A stretch of DNA of 64,000 nt, from the NCBI GenBank assembly GCA_028279275.1, contig JANQOB010000006.1, positions 188,799 through 252,798 of the forward strand, given 5' to 3'. The notes under the pieces are model-generated. The model worked only from the letters and a program-made list of their open reading frames with translations. It did not search any database and was not told where the DNA came from. Shown in pieces: positions 21,608 through 31,486 of the stretch (position 1 is the stretch's first letter; each line of letters starts with the position of its first letter). A program made the position numbers and the translations under genes. This DNA is from Gammaproteobacteria bacterium. GTDB taxonomy: Bacteria > Pseudomonadota > Gammaproteobacteria > UBA4575.

Positions 21608-22859
21608 AGCATCAAAACGCAATTTGATTTTTCTTCTTGTCGCACAAGCAAGTGCTGCACTATTAGGTGTATTTGCATTTACACGAATTGCTCGAGAACT
21701 TCCTGTAATAGAAATGGGAAGATTTGGCTTTGCAGTCTACTCGACAGCGTTATTCGGACTCCTTGCAGAACTTGGTATTCGTTTTGTAGCAATGAAGGAA
21801 ATAGCAACCAGCCCGGAAAATGTTTGGCACTATCACCGCCATAGCGCATATATTCGCTGGTTGCTCGCAGCTCTTTCACTGATCCTTTTATCAGTAGTTG
21901 CATTAACCCCCGCATGGCGCGCGGAGTGGAATTTACTCATGCTAGGTGGTTTGCTCGCCATCACCCAATTTGGATCAGATCCTGCAACTTGGGTATTTTT
22001 TGGTCGCGGTCGTATTGATATTGGAGCAACAATTTTGATTATTGACCGTTTTTTATATCTCGTTGCCATACACATAGCTGCACAATGGTCGCCAAGTGCT
22101 GAAAGTTTAATAATAGGAGCTGTAACAGTAAATTTATTAAGAATGACTTTTTCCGCATGTTGGGTTCGTATGCAAATTAAAATTCAACCTAAAATCATTT
22201 GGGACAAATCATTATTTAGATACTTAATTGTCGATGGCGCAGCTATTGGTATTGCTATTTTGACTTTCTTTACCTATTCACAAATTACAATTGTTTTAAT
22301 GAAATCTTTCTCAACTCCAGAGCAACTAGGATATTATGCAATGGCATTTGGAGCCATGAGTGTTCTATTAGTAATACCAACATCATTAATAATGGCGCTC
22401 TTCCCCATTATGGCAACAACACTTGGAAAAAGTATTCAAGCTAATCGAGATCTTTTCTTCTGGTTTACTCGTTTAATTATGTTAGTCGCTGTGCCTATTG
22501 TGATCGTACTTCTTTTATTCGCTGATGATATCTTGGCAATTTGGATGGGAGCTAAGTATACACCTGCAACATTAGAATTGAAGATATTAGCCATTGCTCT
22601 AGTCTTTTCAGCAGCAAGTTTTCTTTATCGTATGTTTTTATTCGCATCCGAAAAATATAAGACTGAAATAACCATCAATGTTTCAGCAATTTTGGCCACC
22701 ATAATTATTGGAATTCCAATATGCAAAATTTATGGTGGAATAGGTGTAGCAATAGTTTATGTTTTCATTGAAGCAAGTGTAGCTATAACTAAAGCTGTAC
22801 TTACATGGTATAAGTCAAGCCACTCACTATCTTTTATTTCTCAAAAAAAGACTCTCTAA
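21591..22859 (+). CDS. polysaccharide biosynthesis/flippase-like multi-TM protein (Wzx/MOP-like)
   Basis: 422 aa, ~12 predicted TM helices, translationally coupled to the glycosyltransferase. Confidence 0.55.
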   Translation: MIKIDKASKRNLIFLLVAQASAALLGVFAFTRIARELPVIEMGRFGFAVYSTALFGLLAELGIRFVAMKEIATSPENVWHYHRHSAYIRWLLAALSLILLSVVALTPAWRAEWNLLMLGGLLAITQFGSDPATWVFFGRGRIDIGATILIIDRFLYLVAIHIAAQWSPSAESLIIGAVTVNLLRMTFSACWVRMQIKIQPKIIWDKSLFRYLIVDGAAIGIAILTFFTYSQITIVLMKSFSTPEQLGYYAMAFGAMSVLLVIPTSLIMALFPIMATTLGKSIQANRDLFFWFTRLIMLVAVPIVIVLLLFADDILAIWMGAKYTPATLELKILAIALVFSAASFLYRMFLFASEKYKTEITINVSAILATIIIGIPICKIYGGIGVAIVYVFIEASVAITKAVLTWYKSSHSLSFISQKKTL

Positions 22860-22875
22860 ATAGCCTCTATTTTAT

Positions 22876-22894
22876 TGGCGCGCCCGGAGAGATT
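22876..22894 (-). repeat. 19-nt remnant of tRNA-Arg 3' end
   Basis: TGGCGCGCCCGGAGAGATT; shares the G-to-A variant (GAGAGATT) with the 23047 copy. Confidence 0.6.
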
Positions 22895-23046
22895 GATTCG
22901 TGTCATCCATGACACTCACATTCGCTTCTCTCATGCGCCGCTAACGCAACGTCCAAATTTGCTGTCCTGCAAATTTGTCGAACTCTACCGTTCGAATAAC
23001 TCAAGATATGCCACTATATTAATAGCCTAAAAGGCTATAAATTTAG

Positions 23047-23093
23047 TGGCGCGCCCGGAGAGATTCGAACTCCCGACCACCTGGTTCGAAGCC
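23047..23093 (-). repeat. displaced copy of tRNA-Arg 3' half (acceptor/T-arm through anticodon loop); distal attachment-site repeat of Island B
   Basis: 47 nt matching 37057-37103 with 2 mismatches; similarity ends at the anticodon loop (TTCGAAGCC). Confidence 0.8.
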
Positions 23094-23271
23094 TAAGCTA
23101 ACACGCTAAACCCTTCTTAACACTAGTACCTACTAGTAACTCTTAAGTTCTTGTATTTAAAAATAAAGTTTACCAAAGCGTACAATGTAAGTATGCTTTT
23201 TTAAACGCTGCTAACTACTGCCAAATGAAAAATTAGTAAGCGTTTTAGTAAACTTTTTTACGGAGGAAATA

Positions 23272-24582
23272 ATGCCTAGACACAAGGAAGTTGATGTTCG
23301 GGTGCAAGACATACAACCTACCTTAAATGATAAGTCATTAATGGCTCTTCCAGTCCTCGAAAGGACATATGAGAAGTGGTTTTCTGGCAATAAGGGTTTA
23401 GGTATTTGTGTTACACCCAAAGGAACCAAAACGTGGTTGTTACGTTATCGACGCGACTCAGGACAGCTCATTAAAATGTCGCTTGGGCGATATGTTAGTG
23501 GGGAAATGCCAAGATCTCGCATCATTCCTATTAAAAAAGCCAAAGAACTTTACTTAGAAAATCGCTTACAAATCCTAAAAGGTGAAGACCCTGCCCAACT
23601 AGTTAAAGCCAAGAAAGAGCAAACTCGTAAACAATTAGCTAACGAAGCTGGAGCAATTACATTTGCTGGTTTAATTGAGGAATACATAGAACGTCACGCA
23701 AAACAGAAAAAGAAGTCATGGCGCAATGATGAATATTGTTTAAATAAGGAATTCCTCCCACCACTCGGAAATAGAAAAGCAAAAGACGTTACTCGTGCAG
23801 ATATCCGCAAAGTGTTAGACAAGATGGAGAATCGAGGTGTAACCACAGGCCAAAATCGAGCTTTAGAAATTGTACGCAAGATGTATAACTGGGGAATGAG
23901 TGTTGACCTAGTTGAACACAATCCTTGTACAGGAATAGAAAAGCCAGTGAAGGAAAAAGTTGGAGAGCGTTGCTTAGACGAAAAAGAAATTCGAAAACTG
24001 TGGCACTCACTAGAACACTACCCTATTAAAACTGCACTTGCAGTTAAGCTGATGGTTATTCTTGGTCCACGTGTCTTACAGTTGGTACAGGCTAAGTGGA
24101 CTGAATTTGATTTGGATACGGGAGTATGGATAGTTCCAAGTGAAAGAATGAAGGTTGGTAAGCCACATTTAACAATGCTCCCACCGCTAGCCATTAAGCT
24201 AATAAAGGAATTGCAGTCCTACACTGGTGAAACTGAATTCCTGTTCCCAAGCTCTGATACATCAAAACCTGTAGATTATCGCTGGCTAAACGCGGCTATA
24301 AAGAAATCTCCATACAAAAAACAATTAAAGGTAGATAACTTTTCTGCAAGAGATTTAAGACGCACAGCTGCAACACAATTGGCAAAATCTGGTGTCCCTA
24401 ATGATTTAATCGGGCGTATTCTCTCCCATACAGCTACTGGTGTAACTGAAAAGCACTATAACCTTTACCAGTACCAACAAGAAAAACTGGATGCCATGCG
24501 CAAGTGGGAAAATAGGCTAAATTTAATTATTAAAGATGAACTTCCTAAGAATGTAGTTGAGTTAAAGGTGGCTACTAGTTAA
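23272..24582 (+). CDS. int: tyrosine recombinase/integrase (P4-like)
   Basis: C-terminal R...ARDLRRTAAT...HY..Y catalytic pattern; adjacent to tRNA fragment. Confidence 0.85.
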   Translation: MPRHKEVDVRVQDIQPTLNDKSLMALPVLERTYEKWFSGNKGLGICVTPKGTKTWLLRYRRDSGQLIKMSLGRYVSGEMPRSRIIPIKKAKELYLENRLQILKGEDPAQLVKAKKEQTRKQLANEAGAITFAGLIEEYIERHAKQKKKSWRNDEYCLNKEFLPPLGNRKAKDVTRADIRKVLDKMENRGVTTGQNRALEIVRKMYNWGMSVDLVEHNPCTGIEKPVKEKVGERCLDEKEIRKLWHSLEHYPIKTALAVKLMVILGPRVLQLVQAKWTEFDLDTGVWIVPSERMKVGKPHLTMLPPLAIKLIKELQSYTGETEFLFPSSDTSKPVDYRWLNAAIKKSPYKKQLKVDNFSARDLRRTAATQLAKSGVPNDLIGRILSHTATGVTEKHYNLYQYQQEKLDAMRKWENRLNLIIKDELPKNVVELKVATS

Positions 24583-24584
24583 TT

Positions 24585-25109
24585 ATGGCTAAAGATACTG
24601 TAAAAAGGCTGGATCGCTTATTGGAAAAGCGCAAATGGCTAATCCATGCTAACGCTCGAGCTCTTACACGTAAACAACCTTATGCATTAACTAGTAAAGA
24701 AAAAGAATTACGAAAAATAATTCGCAAAGAATTTAAACCTGAACTAAATGTTATTTTGAACGGGAATACAAAAAATTCAGTGCGAAACTTTGTCTCTGTT
24801 AGAAAAGAGATGTTAAAAGTAAAACATAGACACAACAAAAGTACTGAGGATTTAATTTCTGAAGATTTTAAAGAATTTAATAATCAATACACTGAAAATC
24901 ACTATCATAGCAAAGGAGCTTTAGATAAAACGTATTACGCTCGATCAGACAAAAAACAATCTCTATATAAAGTTTTATATATGGCAATGCGAATTGACCC
25001 AAGATATAGGTGCATCATTAACAAGCACATTGAAAATGGTAAACTCAATATAAAAAATGAAGAAGTGATTGACGTTCTAGACGATTTTATTAACCGTTAT
25101 ATTGCTTAG
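24585..25109 (+). CDS. hypothetical basic protein
   Basis: 174-aa ORF 3 nt after int stop. Confidence 0.4.
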   Translation: MAKDTVKRLDRLLEKRKWLIHANARALTRKQPYALTSKEKELRKIIRKEFKPELNVILNGNTKNSVRNFVSVRKEMLKVKHRHNKSTEDLISEDFKEFNNQYTENHYHSKGALDKTYYARSDKKQSLYKVLYMAMRIDPRYRCIINKHIENGKLNIKNEEVIDVLDDFINRYIA

Positions 25110-27114
25110 CCTTAAACGCTTCGTGTTGTTCTGAATCTCTCCAATATTTTCTATCTGCGAAGTACACAATGCCTTTTGCCTTCTTACGGCTAAGTCTACC
25201 TTTTACAGTGTCATATGTGAGCTTGTCTAATATTATTGGATCACTTTTGTGCTTTTCTTTTAAAAATTCATGTACTTCTTTAGCAGTCATACCACTTGGG
25301 TGCTGTGTAAACATTTCTGCATATTCATCACCTTGTACTTCATTTCTTAGTGCATTTTCCAATAAGCCTTCTATTACCCACGCACCATATTCCTTTTCTA
25401 TAAAAGCAGCATAGTATTCTTCTGTCATTGTGCGCGCTTTAATATGAATTGCTGTGTAGTTACTACCCATATCTGGAGGAATTAGTGTTATTAAGTTTGG
25501 AACACCACCAAGCAATTTAACTGTCCCTCCTCCACGTAAATGATTAATTGCATTTGGGGACTTGGTGCTGTGATTTGACAATATAATCAAACAATTTTCC
25601 TCTGCTTGAATACGTTTTAATTCCCTTGTACATTCTTTATCATAATTGGAAGCTGATTGATTCGTTGGGCAAGGCTCTCGACAATCGTCGTACATATCTA
25701 ATATCAATGCTTCTAATTTATGCACTTTTATAAATTTTCGTATTGCTTCTGATCCACCTTCTTCAAAGAAGGATGCAGTTTCTTCATATGCAAATAGTAA
25801 ATTAGGATTGTTATATCTTTGCTTTGCTAATGCTCTTAATTTATCTATTTCTTTTCTCGGTATCGGGTCACTCCTTTCACCTCTCAATTTTGAACGAACC
25901 TTATTAGGTTTGCCCAAGTTAGCAACTAACGACAATTCATAGTCTGTTAATTCTTTTATTCGTTTATCTACGGTGGCTGCTCCATCTTCGGAATAGACAT
26001 ATGCAGTTCTCAGCGGCCTTTTAACCTTAAAATATCCACAGAAATCTGCACCAACACTGAATGCACCCGCCATCATAGTCAGCAATCTAGTCTTTCCAGC
26101 TTTTGGAGGTCCAGACACCATTGTTAAAACATTGTCTATAACACCCTCGATTACGGTCTCAATTGGTGCTGGAGGGTTAGCATCTTGAACATCGGAAGCA
26201 ATAACATCCGATTTCTCAATTAAGATTGGTAAAGATAAAAGTTTCTTTTTAGCTTTTACGTCAATAGTCGATAGGTTCTTTTTTACTTTGTGGAAGATGT
26301 AAAAATCATCTGGTCCTGTTGTAGGATTTTTATCTACTGCGGGAATCTTTACGATCTGAACTTCTTTTACACCCTCTTTCTTTAAAGAATCTACAAAACG
26401 ATATAAGAATTTTTTACTTTGATTTACCTTAGCTCTTTTATGCAACACATCATGGTCTGGAAATATTCTGACAGTCCTACCTACCCAATCAATACATTCT
26501 AAATCTGGATTCAACATCCCATCTTTATTAACACCGCATGCGATACCACCCATAGCAAGAGTTGCCTCTCCAAGGTGGCACATTAGTATTGCTGGCTTCT
26601 CACCTTCTACAATGTTAATTAGGTCAATTGGGTTAGTTATTACACTCTCCCAATTAATCTTAGACCCACGAGGAAAGAAAATGCGTGAGCCCGCATGATG
26701 TGACTGAGTGTACTTTCTTGGCTTCTTATCGCCTTTACGTTTTGCCTTTCCACCTAATAATTTGTATCTAAAGTGTGGCTCTAGCTTATCGTTTAAGATT
26801 GGAGCATATTCTCCATCCACAAATCCGACCGGTTCAAAATACGGAAACTCTATTGCCCCTATAGGAAAGACATCTTGTCGTTCATTCCATCCTTCAGAAA
26901 TTAAACGCTCTTTCGCTTCATCTTCATCTAATAACGTTATGTGGTTATTTGCTATTTGATCTGTGAATAATCCGCTACTTGCTAAATCCTCTTCGAATAA
27001 TTTTTGCGCTTCTTTTTTGTTGTATGCCTTTTTATGTTTGATTTTTTCTTGTTTTGTATTTATGTCTACTACGTTATCCTCTGAATCAATTACTTCTTTG
27101 TTTCCTAATGGCAC
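25090..27114 (-). CDS. Toprim primase / P-loop helicase replication protein (P4-alpha-like function)
   Basis: Toprim-like IVEGEKPA...IFPDHDV in N-terminal half; Walker A GPPKAGKT in C-terminal half; 674 aa. Confidence 0.7.
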   Translation of the reverse strand: MPLGNKEVIDSEDNVVDINTKQEKIKHKKAYNKKEAQKLFEEDLASSGLFTDQIANNHITLLDEDEAKERLISEGWNERQDVFPIGAIEFPYFEPVGFVDGEYAPILNDKLEPHFRYKLLGGKAKRKGDKKPRKYTQSHHAGSRIFFPRGSKINWESVITNPIDLINIVEGEKPAILMCHLGEATLAMGGIACGVNKDGMLNPDLECIDWVGRTVRIFPDHDVLHKRAKVNQSKKFLYRFVDSLKKEGVKEVQIVKIPAVDKNPTTGPDDFYIFHKVKKNLSTIDVKAKKKLLSLPILIEKSDVIASDVQDANPPAPIETVIEGVIDNVLTMVSGPPKAGKTRLLTMMAGAFSVGADFCGYFKVKRPLRTAYVYSEDGAATVDKRIKELTDYELSLVANLGKPNKVRSKLRGERSDPIPRKEIDKLRALAKQRYNNPNLLFAYEETASFFEEGGSEAIRKFIKVHKLEALILDMYDDCREPCPTNQSASNYDKECTRELKRIQAEENCLIILSNHSTKSPNAINHLRGGGTVKLLGGVPNLITLIPPDMGSNYTAIHIKARTMTEEYYAAFIEKEYGAWVIEGLLENALRNEVQGDEYAEMFTQHPSGMTAKEVHEFLKEKHKSDPIILDKLTYDTVKGRLSRKKAKGIVYFADRKYWRDSEQHEAFKAKQYNG

Positions 27115-27643
27115 TTCTTATTACTCCTCCGGTTAATAATTGTTTGTAGTCAAATTTATTAGCTGGTGTTTTAGCTTTAATACTATTTGCCCAAATTGCA
27201 TCATCTCTAACAATCCAATTGTAGAAACACTTTTCCAATACACTTTGTGAGTAATACCCGCCCTTTATTCGTTCTTGAGTGATCAACTCTTCTGAAGTTA
27301 ACCAAAAAGCACGCGCCCAAACCGGAGTTCGTGGCATTGAATTTGGACGCGTTAATATAGAGCTGCTAGGAGGGTCTGAAGCGTGTACGTCAGCAGCTCT
27401 AGTGCCTACTCGGTTTTGGTCAACTGTTGTGTAACCGAAATAAATTATAAATGGTGATCTGTTCTCTATCTTTTCAACTTCTTCAAATTCTGGTCTTGGC
27501 CATTGTGGTTCTTTTCTTATGTCGAAAAATTCTTCAATAACATAATACTGTGGGCATAGGTGTTTATTAATCCTTATGAACTTATGTTCATGGGCTAGTT
27601 TTTTTGTTGGGTGATCGATCACTGATGCGATTTGCTTTTTCAT
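27086..27643 (-). CDS. hypothetical protein
   Basis: 185-aa ORF overlapping primase start. Confidence 0.4.
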   Translation of the reverse strand: MKKQIASVIDHPTKKLAHEHKFIRINKHLCPQYYVIEEFFDIRKEPQWPRPEFEEVEKIENRSPFIIYFGYTTVDQNRVGTRAADVHASDPPSSSILTRPNSMPRTPVWARAFWLTSEELITQERIKGGYYSQSVLEKCFYNWIVRDDAIWANSIKAKTPANKFDYKQLLTGGVIRSAIRKQRSN

Positions 27644-27693
27644 ACAGTAGTTTCCTCTTCATTACTTATTTACCTCTTTTATTGATTAATAAA

Positions 27694-27906
27694 TTAAGCT
27701 GCAACCAGCTCTTTAGGGATCGAAGGTAGACCTTCCTCCATTATGCGTACACGCTCTGTGTCGGGAATTAATTTGCGGTTTCCGATTTTGACGGCTTTTA
27801 TCTGTCCGCACTTGATTCGTCTATATACGGTATTTGTATGTTCATGCAGAATTTCAGACGCAAAGGCTGGTACTGTCCATGTTTTTAAATTGATATCTTC
27901 GCTCAT
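27694..27906 (-). CDS. alpA: AlpA-family phage transcriptional regulator/excisionase-like HTH protein
   Basis: 70 aa; HTNTVYRRIKCGQIKAVKIGNRKLI MerR-like HTH typical of AlpA. Confidence 0.65.
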   Translation of the reverse strand: MSEDINLKTWTVPAFASEILHEHTNTVYRRIKCGQIKAVKIGNRKLIPDTERVRIMEEGLPSIPKELVAA

Positions 27907-28099
27907 TATCGCAACCCTCCAATTAGGGCATAGTTAAATCGATAAGCGAATATTAACTAGCATTTAGTAGATATTTTACGCCTACCTTTTTACTAGAACG
28001 GTAATGATTGGATACTGATTTTGGCGGAACACTCGATCAAATAACGGAAGTGAGAATGGGTGTGTATCTTTCTCATATATAAAAAATATATTATTTTTA

Positions 28100-28540
28100 T
28101 TTTATATAGCAACCCCCGACCTTAGCGACCGTTGCGACCTTCCGACCTTTTTAGGTATTTAGTGTTTTTGCTGAATTTTAAGAAAGGTTGCAAGGTCGAG
28201 GTCGTTTGGGTTGCCTAGGTTGCTTAAAATTTTAATATAAAATATTTTTAGCGTTTTTTAGTTATTTTTAGATTGCTCAACGTCTTAATTGTTGTATACG
28301 TAGTGTTTGCAAGTTTTGTCTTAAAGCGTTGGTTTATTGTGTAGTGCAAAATCGACCGCTTGTTGGAATTTCTTGCGTAGGTTTTTTAGTGAAATGAGCT
28401 GATATTTGGGTTGAAACGACCTTTTTCGACCTTGGTGTTTATTGATGAAAATTCTTAAATTCGCAACCGCACAAAGGTTGCCTATAAATGAACGGTCGAC
28501 AAAATTCCGCGCAAGAAATTTTTACAGACGGTCGATTTTA
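28100..28540. repeat. iteron-rich putative replication origin of Island B
   Basis: many copies of CGACC/GGTCG and GGTTGC (e.g. CGACCTTAGCGACCGTTGCGACCTTCCGACC), flanking AT-rich palindromes, and inverted repeat GGAATTTCTTGCG (28356) / CGCAAGAAATT (28509). Confidence 0.45.
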
Positions 28541-28749
28541 ATAGAACTTACACATTAAAATCGCTGTACAAGTTCACTCAACATCATCATTTTTAGGTTA
28601 CTAACCAAGTAATCGAATTAATAAAACACTTTTATTTAAGTGTTAAGTAAACCCTGACCACTCCCAGTAACTAAAACGTTTATTAAAAAGTTTACTTGGC
28701 AATGTCGACAGCTATACTTATTTCGAATAATTATTAATGTTTATGTTTA

Positions 28750-29196
28750 GTGAAAGACAAAGACGAAGGATTGTTCCTTACATATTCTCAACTGCGTAAA
28801 GTACGCATGTTTTCCCGTAAAGGGTTGTCCGAGGCTGCTATTGCAGCATCAATTGGCATTACACTAGAAAAATGGAAGCGAGTTAAGAAAGAACAACCAG
28901 AAGTAACTCAGATGTTAGAACTTGGTAGAGCACGTGACTTAGATGACTGTGTAGATATTCTTAATTACCATATTAAGACTGGCAACTATAAAGCTTTAGA
29001 GTTTAAGTTAAAGGCTAGGCATGATTGGCGAGATAACACTCCTGTATTAATCGACAACTCCACTAACAACATAATTAAACTCCCAGAACAAATACCAGCA
29101 GAAGAATATCGAAAGATGTTCCCTGCTAACGCAGAGCAAGATGTTATAGAGGGTGAAATGTTGGAACCTAACGAGGTGTCAGTTGAACGCCACTAA
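28750..29196 (+). CDS. putative small terminase subunit/HTH DNA-binding protein (GTG start)
   Basis: 148 aa, HTH-like GLSEAAIAASIGITLEKW; directly upstream of and overlapping terL. Confidence 0.45.
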   Translation: MKDKDEGLFLTYSQLRKVRMFSRKGLSEAAIAASIGITLEKWKRVKKEQPEVTQMLELGRARDLDDCVDILNYHIKTGNYKALEFKLKARHDWRDNTPVLIDNSTNNIIKLPEQIPAEEYRKMFPANAEQDVIEGEMLEPNEVSVERH

Positions 29197-30634
29197 CACA
29201 GCGGAAGAGTTACAACCTCTCTCCCCATCCTCATTCCAGAACTTGGTATTGGGAATAGACTTCATATTCGACTTATTCTTAGGTGGAGGTCGTGGTGGTG
29301 CTAAGAGTTGGGCTATTGCATGGTTGATATTTTACTTTGTGCAGAAATTCCCTAACCAAAGAATCTTATATGTACGTAAAACCTATGCAGGTCTGCAAGA
29401 CTTTGAATTAATATGCCGTAAGCTATTCTTCGTTGCATTCAATGGAGCAGCACGTTACAACTCCACTAACCACGTTTGGCAATTCCCTAACGGTTGCACT
29501 TTAGAGTTAGGCCAGCTCGACCACATATCCGACTACGACAAATACCAAGGTAGAAGCTTTGCCTTAATCTGCGTAGACGAAGCTGGACAGTATGCTGACC
29601 CATTTATGATAGACATGCTGCGTAGTAATTTACGTGCGGAGAAGAATGTACCGACTAGATTTGTTATTGCTGCTAACCCCGGAGGTGTTGGACATGCGTG
29701 GATAGCTAAACGGTACGTATTTGTTAATGCTTCTCCATGGGCTCCATTTACGGATGAAATTTCTGGCAGTGAATTCGTAAGTTGCCCATCTACATACAAA
29801 GACAATCCATTTATAGACCAAGACCAATATTTAAAACAACTTAAATCGTCATGTCCTTTTGATGAGGAGTTATTAAAAGCTTGGGTAAGTGGAGATTGGA
29901 CTGTTGCTCGCGGTGCGTACTTTAGTAGCGTACTGAGTGAAGAAGACAATGCAATTAAACCGTGGCTTTATACTCCGCACCAATATTTAAAAACGTTAAG
30001 TGTTAAAGAAAGACGAATAGAGAAAAGAGAATGGTCTGGAGATTGGGAATATTTTTTAGCGCATGACTTTGGATCATCCGCTCCCTCCGTTACGTATTGT
30101 ATTGCGCGTAGTCCCGGTGCGGAGCATGAAGGCCGTTATTTCCCCCGTGGTTCCTTAATTCTGTTTGACGAATTAGCAACTAACAGCAATGAACAATTGA
30201 ATATCGGTCTAGGTTGGACTGTGCCTACGTTAGCTAAAGAAATTGTAGGTATGTGTAGTAGATGGAACATTGAACCTAACGGTATAGCGGACGATGCAAT
30301 ATTTAGTAATCACGGGAGTGAAGTCGGAACGATAGCAGACGAATTTAGAGATGCAGGTGTGTACTTTGAACCCGCAGGTAAAGGATCACGAATTAACGGG
30401 TGGGAAAAGATGAGGACGTTGTTAAGCCAAGCAGGCTCCCCCGATAAACCCGGACTTTATATTAGCCGTAAGTGTTCATATTTCTGGGCGACTGTTCCAT
30501 TTTTGAGCAGGGATATTAAGCGCATAGAAGATTTGGATTCTAACGGACCCGACCATGCAGCGGACGCCGTTAGGTATGGATGCCTGCATGAAATTAACGA
30601 AGTGAATGAAGTACAAATTACAACTTGGATTTAA
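29153..30634 (+). CDS. terL: terminase large subunit
   Basis: Walker A GGGRGGAKS, Walker B ICVDEAG, C-terminal nuclease acidic motifs LAHDFG...DHAADA. Confidence 0.8.
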   Translation: MKCWNLTRCQLNATNTAEELQPLSPSSFQNLVLGIDFIFDLFLGGGRGGAKSWAIAWLIFYFVQKFPNQRILYVRKTYAGLQDFELICRKLFFVAFNGAARYNSTNHVWQFPNGCTLELGQLDHISDYDKYQGRSFALICVDEAGQYADPFMIDMLRSNLRAEKNVPTRFVIAANPGGVGHAWIAKRYVFVNASPWAPFTDEISGSEFVSCPSTYKDNPFIDQDQYLKQLKSSCPFDEELLKAWVSGDWTVARGAYFSSVLSEEDNAIKPWLYTPHQYLKTLSVKERRIEKREWSGDWEYFLAHDFGSSAPSVTYCIARSPGAEHEGRYFPRGSLILFDELATNSNEQLNIGLGWTVPTLAKEIVGMCSRWNIEPNGIADDAIFSNHGSEVGTIADEFRDAGVYFEPAGKGSRINGWEKMRTLLSQAGSPDKPGLYISRKCSYFWATVPFLSRDIKRIEDLDSNGPDHAADAVRYGCLHEINEVNEVQITTWI

Positions 30635-30650
30635 CTAGAGGAGAAAGACA

Positions 30651-31412
30651 ATGGAAAAACTTACACACATAAACCAATTAAAAGCAGCTAGCGAAGGTGC
30701 GACGAATTTAATGAACGAAATTAATTCTAGTTTAGAAGAATTAGCGCCGAAGTTAATAGAATTAAGAGTGAATAAAGATGGAAAGTTCAGCCAAGATTAC
30801 ATCACTAAAGAAACTATGAAGTTGAATCAGGCTGCTAAAGATGGGCCATTGACTAATTTAGGTAAGTTAAAAGCGATGCACGAACAAGTTAATAGTTCTG
30901 CCTCCCACTTTACTAAAGATGCAATATTAAGCAGGCAACAATACTTTGATGAATTCAAACCTGAACATGCGCCTGTCACCTCTGGCGATAAGATGACTGC
31001 GGAATTGTTAAAGTTGCAACACAGCACAGCTGAAGACACAAGGCGAACACGATTAATTACTGAGATAGGCAGGCTACCCAACGCAGCGATAGCTACTGAA
31101 ATAAAATCTGCGCTTGAAACTAATGACTTGATGAAATTAAGCGTAGCCATACAAGAACACCGCGTACGAAATTATGGTGAAGACAGTGGTTCCAGTAAAG
31201 CATCAGTTAAAGCGATAGATGATGCGATGAAAGCTTTGGACTTTCCCGAATTTAACTCTGCACAGACATATATTAGCAATGTTGAAGAAGCATACAGAGA
31301 AGCGAGCATGACTTATGACAAAGTAGTTAAAGGCAAGAACACAGCTGTAGACAAAATCGCTTTGGGACTAGTTAAGGGCGAAGACGGAATGAATGTTAAG
31401 AAGGTGGCTTGA
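30651..31412 (+). CDS. hypothetical helical protein
   Basis: 253-aa ORF with RBS, follows terL. Confidence 0.4.
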   Translation: MEKLTHINQLKAASEGATNLMNEINSSLEELAPKLIELRVNKDGKFSQDYITKETMKLNQAAKDGPLTNLGKLKAMHEQVNSSASHFTKDAILSRQQYFDEFKPEHAPVTSGDKMTAELLKLQHSTAEDTRRTRLITEIGRLPNAAIATEIKSALETNDLMKLSVAIQEHRVRNYGEDSGSSKASVKAIDDAMKALDFPEFNSAQTYISNVEEAYREASMTYDKVVKGKNTAVDKIALGLVKGEDGMNVKKVA

Positions 31413-31486
31413 GTAAAGAATAAATGCTGCTTTTAGCAGCATTTATTTAATCTAAACTATTAACAAACCCAACATACCCGTTTATA

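Noticed and set aside
28743..28750. ATG at 28743 as terS start
   Set aside because: It is in a different frame that terminates quickly. The long frame begins with GTG at 28750.
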